A stretch of DNA of 64,000 nucleotides from Octopus sinensis (Eukaryota). The notes under the pieces are model-generated. The model was not told where the DNA came from. It searched no databases and saw only the letters and a program-made list of their open reading frames with translations. Positions 25,662-38,426 of this stretch are shown here, in pieces; the first letter of the stretch is position 1, and each line of letters starts with the position of its first letter. Where the stretch lies: positions 86,242,001 to 86,306,000 of the forward strand of contig NC_043004.1 of NCBI RefSeq assembly GCF_006345805.1, read 5' to 3'. The position numbers and the translations under genes are program-made.

Positions 25662-26774
25662 TACGAGGTGTGACCAAAAAGCATCGATGGGGAGTGGGCG
25701 CGACGTAATCGACTAACCCGCACCCTTCACCCAATATTTCAGGCCCTGCGCTTATAGTAGAAAAAAATTTAGTAGTTTTCTGATCACGTGAACTAATCCA
25801 AAATAATTCTCTAATAAATATATATATATATAAGCGCAGGAGTCGCTGTGTGGTAAGTAGCTTGCTTACCAGCCACATGGTTCCGGGTTCAGTCCCACTG
25901 CGTGGCACCTTGGGCAAGTGTCTTCTACTCTAGCCTCGGGCCTACCAAAGCCTTGTGAGTGGATTTGGTAGACGGAAACTAAAAGAATCCCATCGTATAT
26001 ATGTATATATGTATGTGTGTGTATATGTTTGTTTGTCTGTGTTTGTCCCCCCAACATCGCTTGACAACCGATGCTGGTATGTTTACGTCCCCGTAACTTA
26101 GCGGTTCGGCAAAAGAGTCAGATAGAAATAAGTACTAGGCTTACAAAGAATAAGTCCTGGGGTCGATTTGCTCGACTAAAGGCGATGCTCCAGCATGACC
26201 GCAGTCAAATTACTGAAACAAGTAAAGAGTATATACATACATGCATGCTTACATTACGCAGTGTGAAGCCGCTTGCCACGGATTGACCTTGAACTCTGTC
26301 GCGCATGCACAGTAAGTTATAACGTTCTCGCTTACATCCGTTGTTTACAGCAGTCCTTCAGTCCTTGGAAGTAAAGCGTGTCGAGTATGGTCGTCGTGCA
26401 GTATTGCGTACGATTGGTGAGTCGCAACTCCACCATGACAACACATCATCCAATTCAGCGCATCTTGCGCAATGGTTTTTGACCACGGACAACATTCCCT
26501 AGGTCTGACACGCATTATATTCCCCAGATCTCGCTCCTCGCAACTTCTTCTTTCAAAAAATCAAATTCTACTTGAAAGGGATGCGACGATGCAGTTGTTC
26601 GCTATCCAAAAACATAAAGGGGGTTCCAGGAATGCTTCTACCAATGGAAACAACACTGGATAAAGTATGAAGTTTCAGAAGGGGACGACTTCGAAGGAGT
26701 TTAAATGCCAAACTGATATGTGCTGTAGTAATTTTTGTAGCACCAGTCCCGAAATATTTTGATCAAATCTCGTA
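25662..26774 (+). mobile_element. Internally deleted mariner element interrupted by SINE sequence
   Basis: TIR-like ends TACGAGGTGTGACCAAAA (25662) and TTTTGATCAAATCTCGTA (26757-26774), 15/18 complementary. The decayed C-terminus LHHDN...YSPDLAPRNFFF.KIK..LKG lies at about 26425-26590. Pairing of the left TIR is less certain. Confidence 0.65.
25832..26230 (+). mobile_element. SINE family A, full copy
   Basis: Same head, body and tail as 16428-16880. Confidence 0.85.
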
Positions 26775-27052
26775 CAAACATATTTATACATACAGATCTA
26801 TTTTCTATGGATAAGACTTAACTTGACTTCACAATATATCCTCGAGGTTTGATATTTATTATCTCACTGCTACTTCAAAACAATGTAAATAAATGATGAA
26901 ATATGATCATCTAAGCTTCCGTCCTTAGTGAGATAATGATGGTATGTAACTAAATTATACGAGATATAACTTGAAAGTTTTGGGTTGATATAAGCGTATA
27001 AGTTTTGATGTGTCACAAGTGTAACAACGCATTCTAATTTCGAATTGCATTA

Positions 27053-27217
27053 GTCGCAGGAGTGGCTGTGTGGTAAGTAGCTTGCTAACCAACCACATGG
27101 TTCCGGGTTCAGTCCCACTGCGTGGCATCTTGGACAAGTGTCTTCTGCTATAGCCCCGGGCCGACCAATGCCTTATGAGTGGATTTGGTAGACGGAAACT
27201 GAAAGAAGCCTGTCGTA

Positions 27218-27284
<67 letters not shown>

Positions 27285-27497
27285 TTGTATGTCTGTCTTT
27301 GTCCCCCTAGCATTGTTTGACAACCGATGCTGGTGTGTTTACGTCCCCGTCACTTAGCGGTTCGGCAAAAGAAACCGATAGAATAAGTACTGGGCTTACA
27401 AAGAATAAGTCCCGGGGTCGATTTGCTCAACTAAAGGCGGTGCTCCAGCATGGCCGCAGTCAAATGACTGAAACAAGTAAAAGAGAGAGTGAAGAGT
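27053..27497 (+). mobile_element. SINE family A, full copy
   Basis: Same architecture as 16428-16880. Confidence 0.85.
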
Positions 27498-27589
27498 AGT
27501 CGATTTAGCTTCAGAAAATAGCACGTAAGTTATGTGCAGTTACATTAGCAACCTATCCTTTAGGATAGGTTGCTAATCTACTATTTACT

Positions 27590-27886
27590 TGACTATGGGA
27601 TTGCACCTAGAAAGTCCGGGCAAGGTTGTTTATGGAAGACCAGCAGTCGCCCATTTATACCGGCCTCCCATCTCCACGCCACCTGTGTTATCCAAAGGAA
27701 AGGCAAGGGGGCCGATACAGCTTGGCACCTGTGACGTCGTAACTCATTTCTACAGATGAGTGAACTGGAGCAACGTGAAATAAAGTATCTTGCTCAAGAA
27801 CACAACACGCAGCCCGGTCCGGGATTCGAGCTCACAACCTCACGATCGTAAGCTCGACGCTCTAATCACTGAGCCATGCGCCTTCA
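27590..27886 (-). mobile_element. SINE family C
   Basis: Reverse complement of the 18661 copy. Confidence 0.8.
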
Positions 27887-28119
27887 CTTAACGCTACTAA
27901 AATCGAGCATTAATAGCCGATTCTATAAGACACTTGAAACTTCGTTCTTTGAAAGGATCGGCTGTAACTATACGGCCTTATTAAAACACCAATGGTAGTT
28001 AACGCGTGATTCATTATCTACATTGTATTATATGTGATGTATTATGTGGAATTCGTTGTTACCGAAATATTTGAGAATAAGTGAAGGAGGTGTCAATTAA
28101 ACACACTCAGTGAACTCAT

Positions 28120-28680
28120 ATTTAATACGCTCGAACACGTTTGGACGTGGGAAAATCTTCCGTTGCGAATTTTGTGAATATAATCCTGAAGAAATAATGT
28201 ATTTCTAGACGACATATGTGAAAGAACATTGGGCTTATATTGACATCACTGGATCGCCGGACGGATGAGTTCTTGAATTCTTTCGTGCCGTCAGCTACAA
28301 ACACCAAATCTGTTCTTTATGGCCTGTAAAGAATGAAATTGTTACTATATTAGAACAGTATATGGTACGTTTGCTGATGCGCGTAAAACTTAGACAAGTT
28401 AGAAACATATAAATGAAGTCGCACGAGTAATATTATATTTCACATACTCGAGTACATTCGGACGTGGGAAGACTTTCTGCTGCGGAAATAGTCCCAGGAG
28501 AAAATACTCCTTCGAGATGACATGTATGAAATAACATTAGGCTGTGAATGACGTCCTTGGATCATATGACTCATGTGTTTCTGCGTTATTTCGCGTCGTC
28601 AGCTACGAACACCAAAATTGCCATTCACAATTTGAAAACAACGAATTCATTTTTATATTACAACAGCACACAGTAAGTAC
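28120..28680. repeat. Diverged direct repeat, two ~240-bp units
   Basis: GGACGTGGGAA and CGTCAGCTAC.AACACCAAA occur in both 28120-28370 and 28437-28680. Confidence 0.75.
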
Positions 28681-29089
28681 ACAGAAACACATGACAAATA
28701 TAGGGGGAAAAGGATAGTCTTTTGATACCAACCGCCTGATTGCAACTGCCCCTGGTTCTATGAAAAAAATCTTTCTGTTTTGAAGTAACTTGAATTAAAA
28801 GTGTTCTTCAAAATTTCATGTTAATTTTGGTTCAAACCAACAGCTTAATAATAAAATTATTTTACTAAATTTTTACCAGATCATTAAGAATGAAATGTCC
28901 AATTTTGAACTGAAAGTTTATTTTACTTTATCTCAGCAAAAAGCAAAGCAGTTAATCAACGTATGCACCTTGCATTATCAACAAAATTTTACCATTTTAT
29001 CAGTTGCTTATTTATGCCGACAGCGAAGAATTCTGGAAAGCAAGAGGTGATGAAATCACGAAAGGCTGTTTTTGCATCTTCTTAAGATT

Positions 29090-29385
29090 TGAAGTTTATT
29101 TTTTGCACCAAACAATGCTGATAACTCACGCCTAGTTTGAGAGGTATCAGCTTCCACTACAGTTTCCAGCACATCGTTACCCACCTTTGTCTCAGGTCTT
29201 CCGCGGGGCTGATTTTCAAGAGTAAAGCCACCAGACCGGATCTTCTCAAACCATCGACTTACAGTGCGCTCATTTGTCACATCTTCACCAAACACCTCAT
29301 TGATGTTTCGAGCTGTCTGGGATGCACTGGTTCCTAGACGGAACTCATTCGTAGACAATACGAACTTTTGATCTATCCATTGGTT
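29090..29385 (-). mobile_element. Mariner transposase N-terminal HTH remnant (Mos1/Hsmar-like)
   Basis: EFRLGTSASQTARNINEVFGEDVTNERTVSRWFEKIRSGGFTLENQPRGRP. Confidence 0.85.
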
Positions 29386-30759
29386 CACAAAAATTGATTT
29401 ACAAGAGAAAACTCACAATATAATCAGACACCATGAATTGCATTTCGAAAAGTGATCATGTAACTCTTCAATGTTGTTAAACAAAGTATTGTAAAGATAA
29501 AACATTAGAGTTAACGACTGTCAAACTTGGTGCATATGTATACCAAACATTTCATTCTAAATGACCTGATAATAATTTTCAAACTTAAGTGAAATGCTAG
29601 CTATGTATTTTAAAAGAAATACGGTAGCAAAGGGGTTCAGACATTCAATAAGGACAATGCAAATATAAACGAATAGAAATAGCTACAGTCAAGCTTTATG
29701 TACAAGAGTGACTAATAAAAAAAATTTCGATCTTCTATGAAAACAATTTAATTTTACTAACGCCATATTAAATGTGGCTTTTTTTTTCTTTGCTCACAAG
29801 AAATTCTTATATCTTCTCAATCTGGTTGAGTTGATTAACATTTGAAACAGGAGTTTCACGATATGTGTGTGTATGTGTGCGTGTTTTCATATATATATAT
29901 AGACATTCCAACCACGACTACTCGTTTTTTTTTACCACACACAATGCACTGTGTACTCCGGACTACATTATTTAATGTGTTCTATTTTTAGAAAGGTAGT
30001 GTAGGTTTTCAGGGAGATGTGGCTGCTATTTCTAACTGGTCGAATGTCCTCGTAGGGACTCTCTAACTGTACCAGAGATATAGTCACCGCAATGGTTGCT
30101 TTTGTTGTTGCTGTTGCTGTTGTTTTTAGTTTGTTTGCTATTCGTAAGACCCGCAGAAGAGAAAGCGGGTCAAACCCCGACACCAAGAGCATCGACGGAT
30201 GGATGAATGCGCATCCAGGCTCAGCGGTTGCGTAGGAAGTCGGGGACAAGAAACAGAAAGAAAGAGTGAGAGAAAGTTGGAGCGAAAGAGTACAATAGGG
30301 GTCGCCACCACCTCCTGCCGGAGTTTCGTGGAGCTTTAGGTGTTTTCGCTCAATAAACATACACAACGCCCGGTCTGGGAATCGAAACCGCGATCCTCCG
30401 ACCGCGAGTCCGCTGCCCTAGCCACTGGGCCATTGCGCCTTCACTGCTGCTGCTGTTACTGCTACTGCTGCCGTCATAGTCCTCGTCGCTGCTACCATCA
30501 CTGCTGCTGCTGCTTTTCTTTTTTTTTTTTTTTTCAATGAGAATACTGAACGAAATTGGTAAAGAACAATAAAAATTCTATCATATAATATAGATATAAT
30601 CGGAAATAATGACCTCCCTGAATAGCTCCATTGACCACCAGTGGTCAGTACTGACCATCTGCTGGACCTTATTACGCACAACAATGATTAATAAAACAAA
30701 GGAAGCCCAGTTTTCTACAAGCGTTTCTAAAAGTTTAATTGTCGCATTCTATTGCGTTG

Positions 30760-31112
30760 GTTCTTATTTTATCGATCCGGAAAGATATTAAAGGCAAAGT
30801 TGACCACAGCGAGATTTGAACTCAGAACGCAAAATCTGAAGAAATAAGCTAAGCATTTTTGTCCGGCGCCATAACGTTTCCGCCAGCTTGCTGCCTTAAC
30901 ATTATATCATGATAATTCATAATAATTCTTTCTACTATAGGCACAAGGTCTTAAATTTTAGGGAATGGGGACCAGTCATTTACATCAACCCCAGTGTTTC
31001 TCTAGCACTTAATTTATCGACCCCAAAGGTTGAAAGGCAAAGCGTAAAGACGGACGAAATGCCGCTACGCATTTCGCAAGGTGTGCTAACGATACTACCA
31101 GCTTGCCACCTT
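30760..31112 (-). mobile_element. Two SINE-B copies
   Basis: Family B motifs on the minus strand. Confidence 0.75.
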
Positions 31113-31129
31113 TTGATAATATATAATAA

Positions 31130-31500
31130 CTAGCAGTATCGCCCGGCGTTGCTCGGGTTTGTAAGGGAAATAACTATAAAGCATTTTTAGAAAGTTATAG
31201 CCAAAAAATGGAAAAAAAATTATGGTAATTTTTTTTTAGTTAAAAAGGTCGAGTTGCGTCCCCTAGACAGTCTGTAGTTTGTGTTTCTGATTCTCGACCC
31301 CATGTCGAATTTATCGATTTTTTTTCAGAACTGGGGGAACTTTTCAACATTTTCGCTGCGTTAGTTTTGAATTATGACATTGGGCTATGTGTGTGTCAAG
31401 TTTCATCAGAATCGGTTGAAAGCCGTGGTCAGGGTGAGGGTACAACCTAACAGACAAACAGAAACACACACAGACAAACTGCCGTTTATATATAGAGAGA
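31130..31500 (-). mobile_element. Non-autonomous Helitron-type element
   Basis: Minus strand reads A|TC...CCCGAGCAACGCCGGG hairpin...CTAG|T. No TSD. Confidence 0.8.
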
Positions 31501-31780
31501 TAAACGCAAAATTCTGTCCGTCCGGGACCCATGTATCTCTAAATAGCTGAAGCTCTACATAGACATATTATACCTTTTTGGAATCAGAATGATCCGGGAA
31601 TTGAAAATTTGCCCATTATTTGATTCTTGAACATCCAGCTCTGGGATCATATCTGAATGAGGATATTTTTATATTCTAACAGCTGAAAATTCAAATTTTA
31701 AAGGAACTACAAAAAACTTTTGAGCATAAAGTTTTTCATTTAAATTGAATTTGAAGTACGTAATACCATTTTGGTAGGGT
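31501..31780 (+). mobile_element. Probable 5' part of another Helitron-like MITE, interrupted by the 31130-31500 element
   Basis: Removing 31130-31500 restores ATATATAATAA-TAAACGCAAAATTCTGTCCGTCCG, which resembles Helitron-MITE 5' ends. Boundaries are uncertain. Confidence 0.4.
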
Positions 31781-31900
31781 AATACCATATTGATAAGGTA
31801 CCAATAAATGCTTAGGTACCAGTATAATACTGGGTTTTTTATAATCGACTATTCCCCTCCCCCCAAATTTCAGGCCTTGTATTTATAGTAGAAAGCATTA

Positions 31901-31984
<84 letters not shown>

Positions 31985-32080
31985 CGTAGTTTTATTTTTA
32001 TAGCGTGCTTTCACTTCACTACCGAGCGCAGCTCTGTGTGCCTTGGGTATGTGCTGTGATTTGTTGTGATGCTCTGATGG

Positions 32081-34400
32081 TTATTGTATGGAAAGTGTTC
32101 TGCGTAGGATGTGTGCAGTGCCTAGTAGTGCAATTTTCTGTATGTTATATGTGTTTGTAAGTCCTGGTGTTTTTGTTATGTATTTGTCTGAATATGTTTT
32201 TATCATGCCTAATGCACCTACTATGATAGGAATTGTTTCTGTTTTCAGGTTCCACATTCTAGTTATCTCTATTTCCAGGTCTTTGTATTTTGAGAGTTTC
32301 TCCATTTCTTTTAGAGACACATTGTCATCTGCCGGTATTGATACATCAATTAGAAAGCATTTTTTTTCTTCATGATCTCTGACAACTATATCTGGTCTGT
32401 TGGCCTTAATTTCTCTATCTGTGTGTATCGGCATATCCCAGAGTATGGTTGCTTTCTCGTTTTCTGTGACCTTTTCTGGTGTGTGCCTATACCATCTTTT
32501 TTCTGTTGTTATTCCATAATGTTGGCATAGCTTCCAATGTATGTAGGTTCCAACTCTGTCATGTCTGTGAATATATTCCTTCTTAGCCAGGACTGGGCAG
32601 CTAGAGATAATATGATTTATTGTTTCTTGTCCATCTCCACATATTCTGCAGTTACTTGTAATATTTCTTTTCATTACATGTTTTTGGTAATTTCTGGTGG
32701 GGAGGCTTTGGTCTTGTGCTGCAATTAAAAATCCCTCTGTTTCTGCTTTGAGTCCTGAGCTTCTCAACCATTGCTGGGATTTTTCTTTGTCTATTTCTTT
32801 TGCGTTTAGTTTAGTGCAGTATTTACCATGAAGGGGCTTTTCTTGCCATCGTTTTATCATGGCTCGTTGCTGTTCTATTTTTAGTTTGGATTTCATTTGT
32901 TTTATAGCTTTTGTTTCTTCTTCATCATCTTCTTCTTCTTTGTGTTTATTAGGTGGTATGATTTCTTGTTTGTATTTGTCAGCTTCCTTAAATACTGAGA
33001 ACAGTTTTTTGTTTTGCTCGTGTTTTGCTGCTATCTGGATTAGTTCTCCTTCCTTCTGAAGTAGGTATTTTTGCAGTCCTATGGTGGTTATTTTATAGTA
33101 GTTTTCCAGCTGTATAAGGCCTCTACCACCTTCTATACGTTGTATATATAGTCTTTCTATGTCAGATTTTGGGTGATGCATCCTAGATCCTGTCAGTATT
33201 TTTCTTGTTTTCCTATCTATTTTGGACAGTTCATTTCGTGTCCAGTTAAGGATATTGTAGCTGTAACTTATAACTGGGACAGCTAAAGTGTTGATACCTA
33301 TTATCTTGTTTTTAGCATTGAGCTCTGTTTTTAGTATTGATCTAACTCGTCTATAATATTCTTTTTTTATTTTCTCTTTCATTTGTGTGTGTTGTGTCTT
33401 ATCTAGTTCATGGATTCCTAAGTATTTGTAAGTTTGGCTTTGGTCTAATTCTTTTATTTCATTGGTTTTATCTAGTGTGATGTTGTTACTCTTAACTAGT
33501 TTTCCTCTTTTCATGGTTACTTTGGCGCATTTTTCTAATCCAAATTTCATATCTATTTCTTTGCTAAATCCATGAACTGTCTTTAATAGTGTTTCCAGCT
33601 GTTTGTCATTTGCAGCGTATAGTTTTAGGTCATCCATATATAAAAGGTGGCTGATCGTTTTGCCGTAACATTTATATCCGCATCCAGTTCTATTTAGCAT
33701 ATCAGATAGAGGTGACAGTGCCAAGCAGAAAAGGAGTGGAGAGAGCGTGTCTCCCTGGAATATTCCTCTTCTAATGGGGATGGCTTTGGTTTTCATGAGT
33801 CCCTCTTTTGTTTGGAGGTGTAGGACTGTTTGCCATTTATTCATAGAGTGCTCTATGAATTTTATGATTGTTGGTGCTACTTTGTTAATGGCTAGTGTTT
33901 CGAGGATCCATGTGTGGGGGATGCTATCAAACGCCTTTTTGTAGTCAATCCAGGCCATACTGAGGCCTTTCTTCTTTCTGTGGCTGTCTTCAGTTACGGC
34001 TTTATTAATCATTAGTTGATCTTTACAGCCATATGAGCCCTTGCGGCATCCTTTCTGCTCTTCTGGGAACAGTTTGTTTTCGTCCAGGTGCTTGTTCAGC
34101 CTTTGCGATATCACTGCAGTAAATGCCTTGAACATAGTAGGGAGGCAGGTTATTGGTCTGTAGTTTTCTGGTTTTGTTGTTTCATTTGATTTGGGAATTA
34201 AGATGGTTTTCCCCTTCGTGAGCCATTCAGGCATTGTCTCTGGCTCTGCTAGTATGCTGTTAAAGTTTTCAGCCAGCTTTTTGTGCATTCCTGTTAGGTA
34301 TTTCAACCAGAAGTTGGGGATCTTGTCATGCCCAGGTGCCTTCCAGTTGCTTAGTTTTTGCAGTGCCTGGGTGACCTCTTCAGTTGTTATGGGGGTCCAA
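32081..34400 (-). CDS. RT, zinc knuckle and REL endonuclease portion of the Dong/R4 ORF
   Basis: WKAPGHDKIPNFWLK lies upstream of the track start. RT motifs DYKKAFDS, GIFQGDTLSPLLF, HLLYMDDLKL; CCHC knuckle CRICGDGQETINHIISSC; REL motif RPDIVV...LIDVSIP...EKLSKYKDL. Confidence 0.92.
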
Positions 34401-34406
34401 AGTTGT

Positions 34407-35719
34407 TCAGATGCCGAGTTTGTTATTTTGATACTCCTTTTTTGGCTGTTCGTTCGCCGACCATATTTCTCTCCAGAATTCTTCCAATTCTTCTGCCGTT
34501 GGTGCTGCAGTGACTTCTATTTTATTTTTTCCCAGTTCTTGGTAGAACTTTTTGGGGTTGGAGTTGAACTTTTTGTTCTGTTCAAAGAAGCGTTGGCGTT
34601 TCTCGTACCGGCGGATCCTTTGAGCTTTGGCAAGGATATCTTGCTTCAGCTTTTCTTTTATCTCCGGCAAATCTTTTTCTGTGATGTTATATTTGCGGAG
34701 CATTTTTGTTCTCTTTTTGTTGCTTAGTAGCGTTGCTTGTTTGCTGATTTCATTAAGAATCGACAGGTCTTTTCTAATTTTTTTTTTTTTGTTTTGGATG
34801 TTATTTATCCACAGGGTTTGTTTGGGTGGTGGTACTCCTGTTTGGGCGGGTTTGGGTGAGTATCCAGCTTCTTTTGTGGCTGCAGTGGCTGCTGCGTATA
34901 TCAAGTCATTAATTCAGTGATATCACTTTTCTTTGTTTCAGTGGCTAGTTCAGTGACGGCTAGGTTTATGTTGTTTATAATTGGTGTTGTTATTGCGTTT
35001 ATTTTTATTCTTGGGAGGTATGGTCGGTGGTCCATTTTGGGCTCTGTGGTTTTCAGTTCTTTGATTATTTTATTTTTTATATTATCATAATCATTAGGCT
35101 CCCCTTCGTTGTTTACATCGTGTTTGTTGGGAATGTTGCGTTTGTCTTCGTGTTTTACAGTTTCAGTGTTTATATTATTGGGCATTGTTGTGTGGCTTCT
35201 ATCTACATTTTCCTGGTGTATTTTTTCTTTTAAATGTTCTATTTCTATTTCTGATATTTTTTTGGCTTTGAGAATGTATCTTCGTACGTTAGCTAATTTA
35301 TTAGGGTTCATTGCTGTATCCAAGTCTATATCTCTATTATTTTCCTTCCATATTTTATATGTATGTGTTGTTGTATTTTCATTTTGTGGGTAGAGCATTG
35401 CTGTGAAGTATGCGTGTAAGATAGAAATGTATTCCTCACGTGTCCATTTACGTCTTTTGGGTTTTAATTGCGGGACATGAGGTACAACGTTCGGCCCATT
35501 ATTTTGACGGTCGTCATTTTCGTAGGGTACCGGTCCGTTTATTTCTGTTGTCACATTATTTCGCACGTGTAGTTTTTCGTACATTTTTTGTTGTAGGTTT
35601 AATGTACGTACTGCTCGATTGTTATTCTTGGGTTGAATAGTATCGGTGGCATTTAATTTCTTCGTAGTTCCTTTGTACATGGTGTTTGAGGTCGGGGATG
35701 ATCGTGTTGTTCCACGCAT
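34407..35719 (-). pseudogene. N-terminal part of the Dong/R4 ORF, frameshifted at about 34910 and about 34410-34470
   Basis: ORFs 34901-35719 and 34407-34904 join as ITELNDLIYAAATA if one A is restored in GAATTAATGAC. KAQRIRRYEKRQRFFEQNKKFNSNPKKFY and FWREIWS resemble pre-RT motifs of this group. Confidence 0.8.
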
Positions 35720-35951
35720 GTTTACATGTGTTGTGTTAGAGGTGGAGATAATATCGAGTCAAAATACATCATTTCGTTTCGAAAATAGTAATAAATTTCA
35801 ATTAGTATTACTTACTCGGATATAGTCCAATTTTTTGTTAGTAAATCTTTGGCTCCATAGGGTGTCCTTGTTTTCGATGTTTGTGGATAGATTTCGGAGC
35901 TCTGTATTTTCCTTCTTACATCTTAAACGTCCCCGGTGTCTCCTCTTATTA

Positions 35952-35998
<47 letters not shown>

Positions 35999-36015
35999 CA
36001 TTATTATTATTATCA

Positions 36016-36084
<69 letters not shown>

Positions 36085-36091
36085 CATTATT

Positions 36092-36649
36092 ACTAAGGCG
36101 ATGCGATGTCAGAATCCCTAGCATAGACATATTGTACCTTTTTGGAATCAGAATGATCCAGGAATTAAAATTTGCCCTTCATTTGGCATTTTGTCCGTCC
36201 TTACGTTCTGAATTCAAATTTCTTCGAGGTTGACTTTGCATTTCATCCTTTCGGAAGTCGATAAATTAAGTACCACTGAAACACTGAGGCTGAGGTAATC
36301 GATTAGTCTCCTCCCCACCAAAATTCAGGCGTTGTGCCTATAGTAGAAAGGATTGCGAGCTGGCACAATCGTTAGCACGCCGAGCAAAATGCTTACTGGC
36401 ATTCCGTCCGTCCTTACGTTCTGAGTTCAAATTTCTTCGAGGTTGACTTTGCATTTCATTCTTTCGGAGGTCGATAAATTAACTACCAGTTACGTACTGG
36501 GGTCGATATAATCGACTATTCCCTTCTCCCACAATTTCTGGCCTTGGTCTTTTAGTAGAAAAGATAATAATAATAATAATAATAATTATTATTATTATTA
36601 TTATTATTCTTATTATTATTATTATTATTATTATTGATATTATTATTGA

Positions 36650-36729
<80 letters not shown>

Positions 36730-36915
36730 AACAGTGAGCTGACATAATTGTTAGCACGCCGGAGAACAATACTTACCGCCATTTCGTCTGTGTTTACGTT
36801 ATGAGTTCAAATTCCAGCGGGGTCGATAAAATGAGTACCAGTTGAACACTGGAGTTGAAGTAATCAACTAACCCTTTGCCCTCAAATTGCAGGCTTCGTG
36901 CTTTTAGTAGAAAGG

Positions 36916-36920
<5 letters not shown>
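36092..36920 (+). mobile_element. Tandem SINE-B copies
   Basis: Family B motifs; the first head is interrupted by a 56-bp foreign segment at 36122-36177. Confidence 0.8.
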
Positions 36921-36948
<28 letters not shown>

Positions 36949-37410
36949 GAGTGAGAGAGCAGTTCATGCCATCAAAGTGATACTGGGGTAAAATATACGA
37001 AGCCCAGTATACCCATCATGACTACCCGTCTGATAAAGGTACACCAGGCACATGCATCACAACCATATGTGCGCGACATGGTGATCTCATATCAAGATAA
37101 ACAGCACATGACCTTGCAGGTGGGGCCCAGTTAGAATTTTCTTCAGGTTGAGTAGCCCATCCCGCTCAAAAGGTCCCTGAATAAGGGTTGTTTAAGGATG
37201 TTGAAAGAACCACCCATGTTTCCAGAGGTGAATTATTCAAACCCCAAAGAATCCCTCTCAACACATGGCTATGATGCTCCCCCACTACTTCTGATCATGA
37301 TCAGAGATGCACATATCGTCAGCCACTAAGGGACATGCTCAACTGGTTAAGGTCAAACAACTGACAAGCAAATCTGTGGTATTGAGCAGAATATTTGCTG
37401 TAGCCCATCT
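36949..37410 (-). mobile_element. ~460-bp non-coding element embedded in TAA arrays (copy 1)
   Basis: Flanked by (ATT)n on both sides. Its terminal 26 nt recur exactly, inverted, at 25091-25116 in another TAA array. Confidence 0.75.
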
Positions 37411-37468
37411 TATTATTATTATTATTATTGTTGTTGTTGTTGTTGTTGTTGTTGTTTGTTGTTGTTGT

Positions 37469-37499
<31 letters not shown>

Positions 37500-37621
37500 G
37501 GTTGTGGTTGTTGTTGTTATAATAATAATAATAATAATAATTATTATTATTATTTTATTATTATTATTATTATATTATTATTATTATTATTATTATTATA
37601 TTATTATTATTGATATTATTA

Positions 37622-37653
<32 letters not shown>

Positions 37654-37896
37654 TATATTATTATTATTATTATTATTATTATTAAAACAGTGAGCTGACA
37701 TAATTGTTAGCACGCCGGAGAACAATACTTACCGCCATTTCGTCTGTGTTTACGTTATGAGTTCAAATTCCAGCGGGGTCGATAAAATGAGTACCAGTTG
37801 AACACTGGAGTTGAAGTAATCACTAACCCTTTGCCCTCAAATTGCAGGCTTCGTGCTTTTAGTAGAAAGGATTATTATTATATTATTATTATTATT

Positions 37897-38357
37897 GAGT
37901 GAGAGAGCAGTTCATGCCATCAAGTGATACTGGGGTAAAATATACGAAGCCCAGTATACCCATCATGACTACCCGTCTGATAAAGGTACACCAGGCACAT
38001 GCATCACAACCATATGTGCGCGACATGGTGATCTCATATCAAGATAAACAGCACATGACCTTGCAGGTGGGGCCCAGTTAGAATTTTCTTCAGGTTGAGT
38101 AGCCCATCCCGCTCAAAAGGTCCCTGAATAAGGGTTGTTTAAGGATGTTGAAAGAACCACCCATGTTTCCAGAGGTGAATTATTCAAACCCCAAAGAATC
38201 CCTCTCAACACATGGCTATGATGCTCCCCCACTACTTCTGATCATGATCAGAGATGCACATATCGTCAGCCACTAAGGGACATGCTCAACTGGTTATGGT
38301 CAAACAACTGACAAGCAAATCTGTGGTATTGAGCAGAATATTTGCTGTAGCCCATCT
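37897..38357 (-). mobile_element. ~460-bp non-coding TAA-embedded element (copy 2)
   Basis: Nearly identical to 36949-37410; part of a ~956-bp tandem duplication. Confidence 0.75.
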
Positions 38358-38376
38358 TATTATTATTATTATTATT

Positions 38377-38426
<50 letters not shown>

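Larger units (their letters stand above)
31984..35946 (-). mobile_element. Near-full-length R4/Dong-clade non-LTR retrotransposon (RT, CCHC, restriction-like endonuclease) inserted in a (TAA)n array
   Basis: About 3.96 kb flanked on both sides by (ATT)n (31900-31983 and 35947-36092). The 3' end reads AATAAAACTACGG(AAT)n on the minus strand. The ORF is split into three pieces by two frameshifts. Confidence 0.93.

Noticed and set aside
35800-35946. HDV-like ribozyme at the 5' end of the Dong element
   Set aside because: Known in some R2-group elements, but no nested double pseudoknot could be built by eye; it needs a descriptor search.
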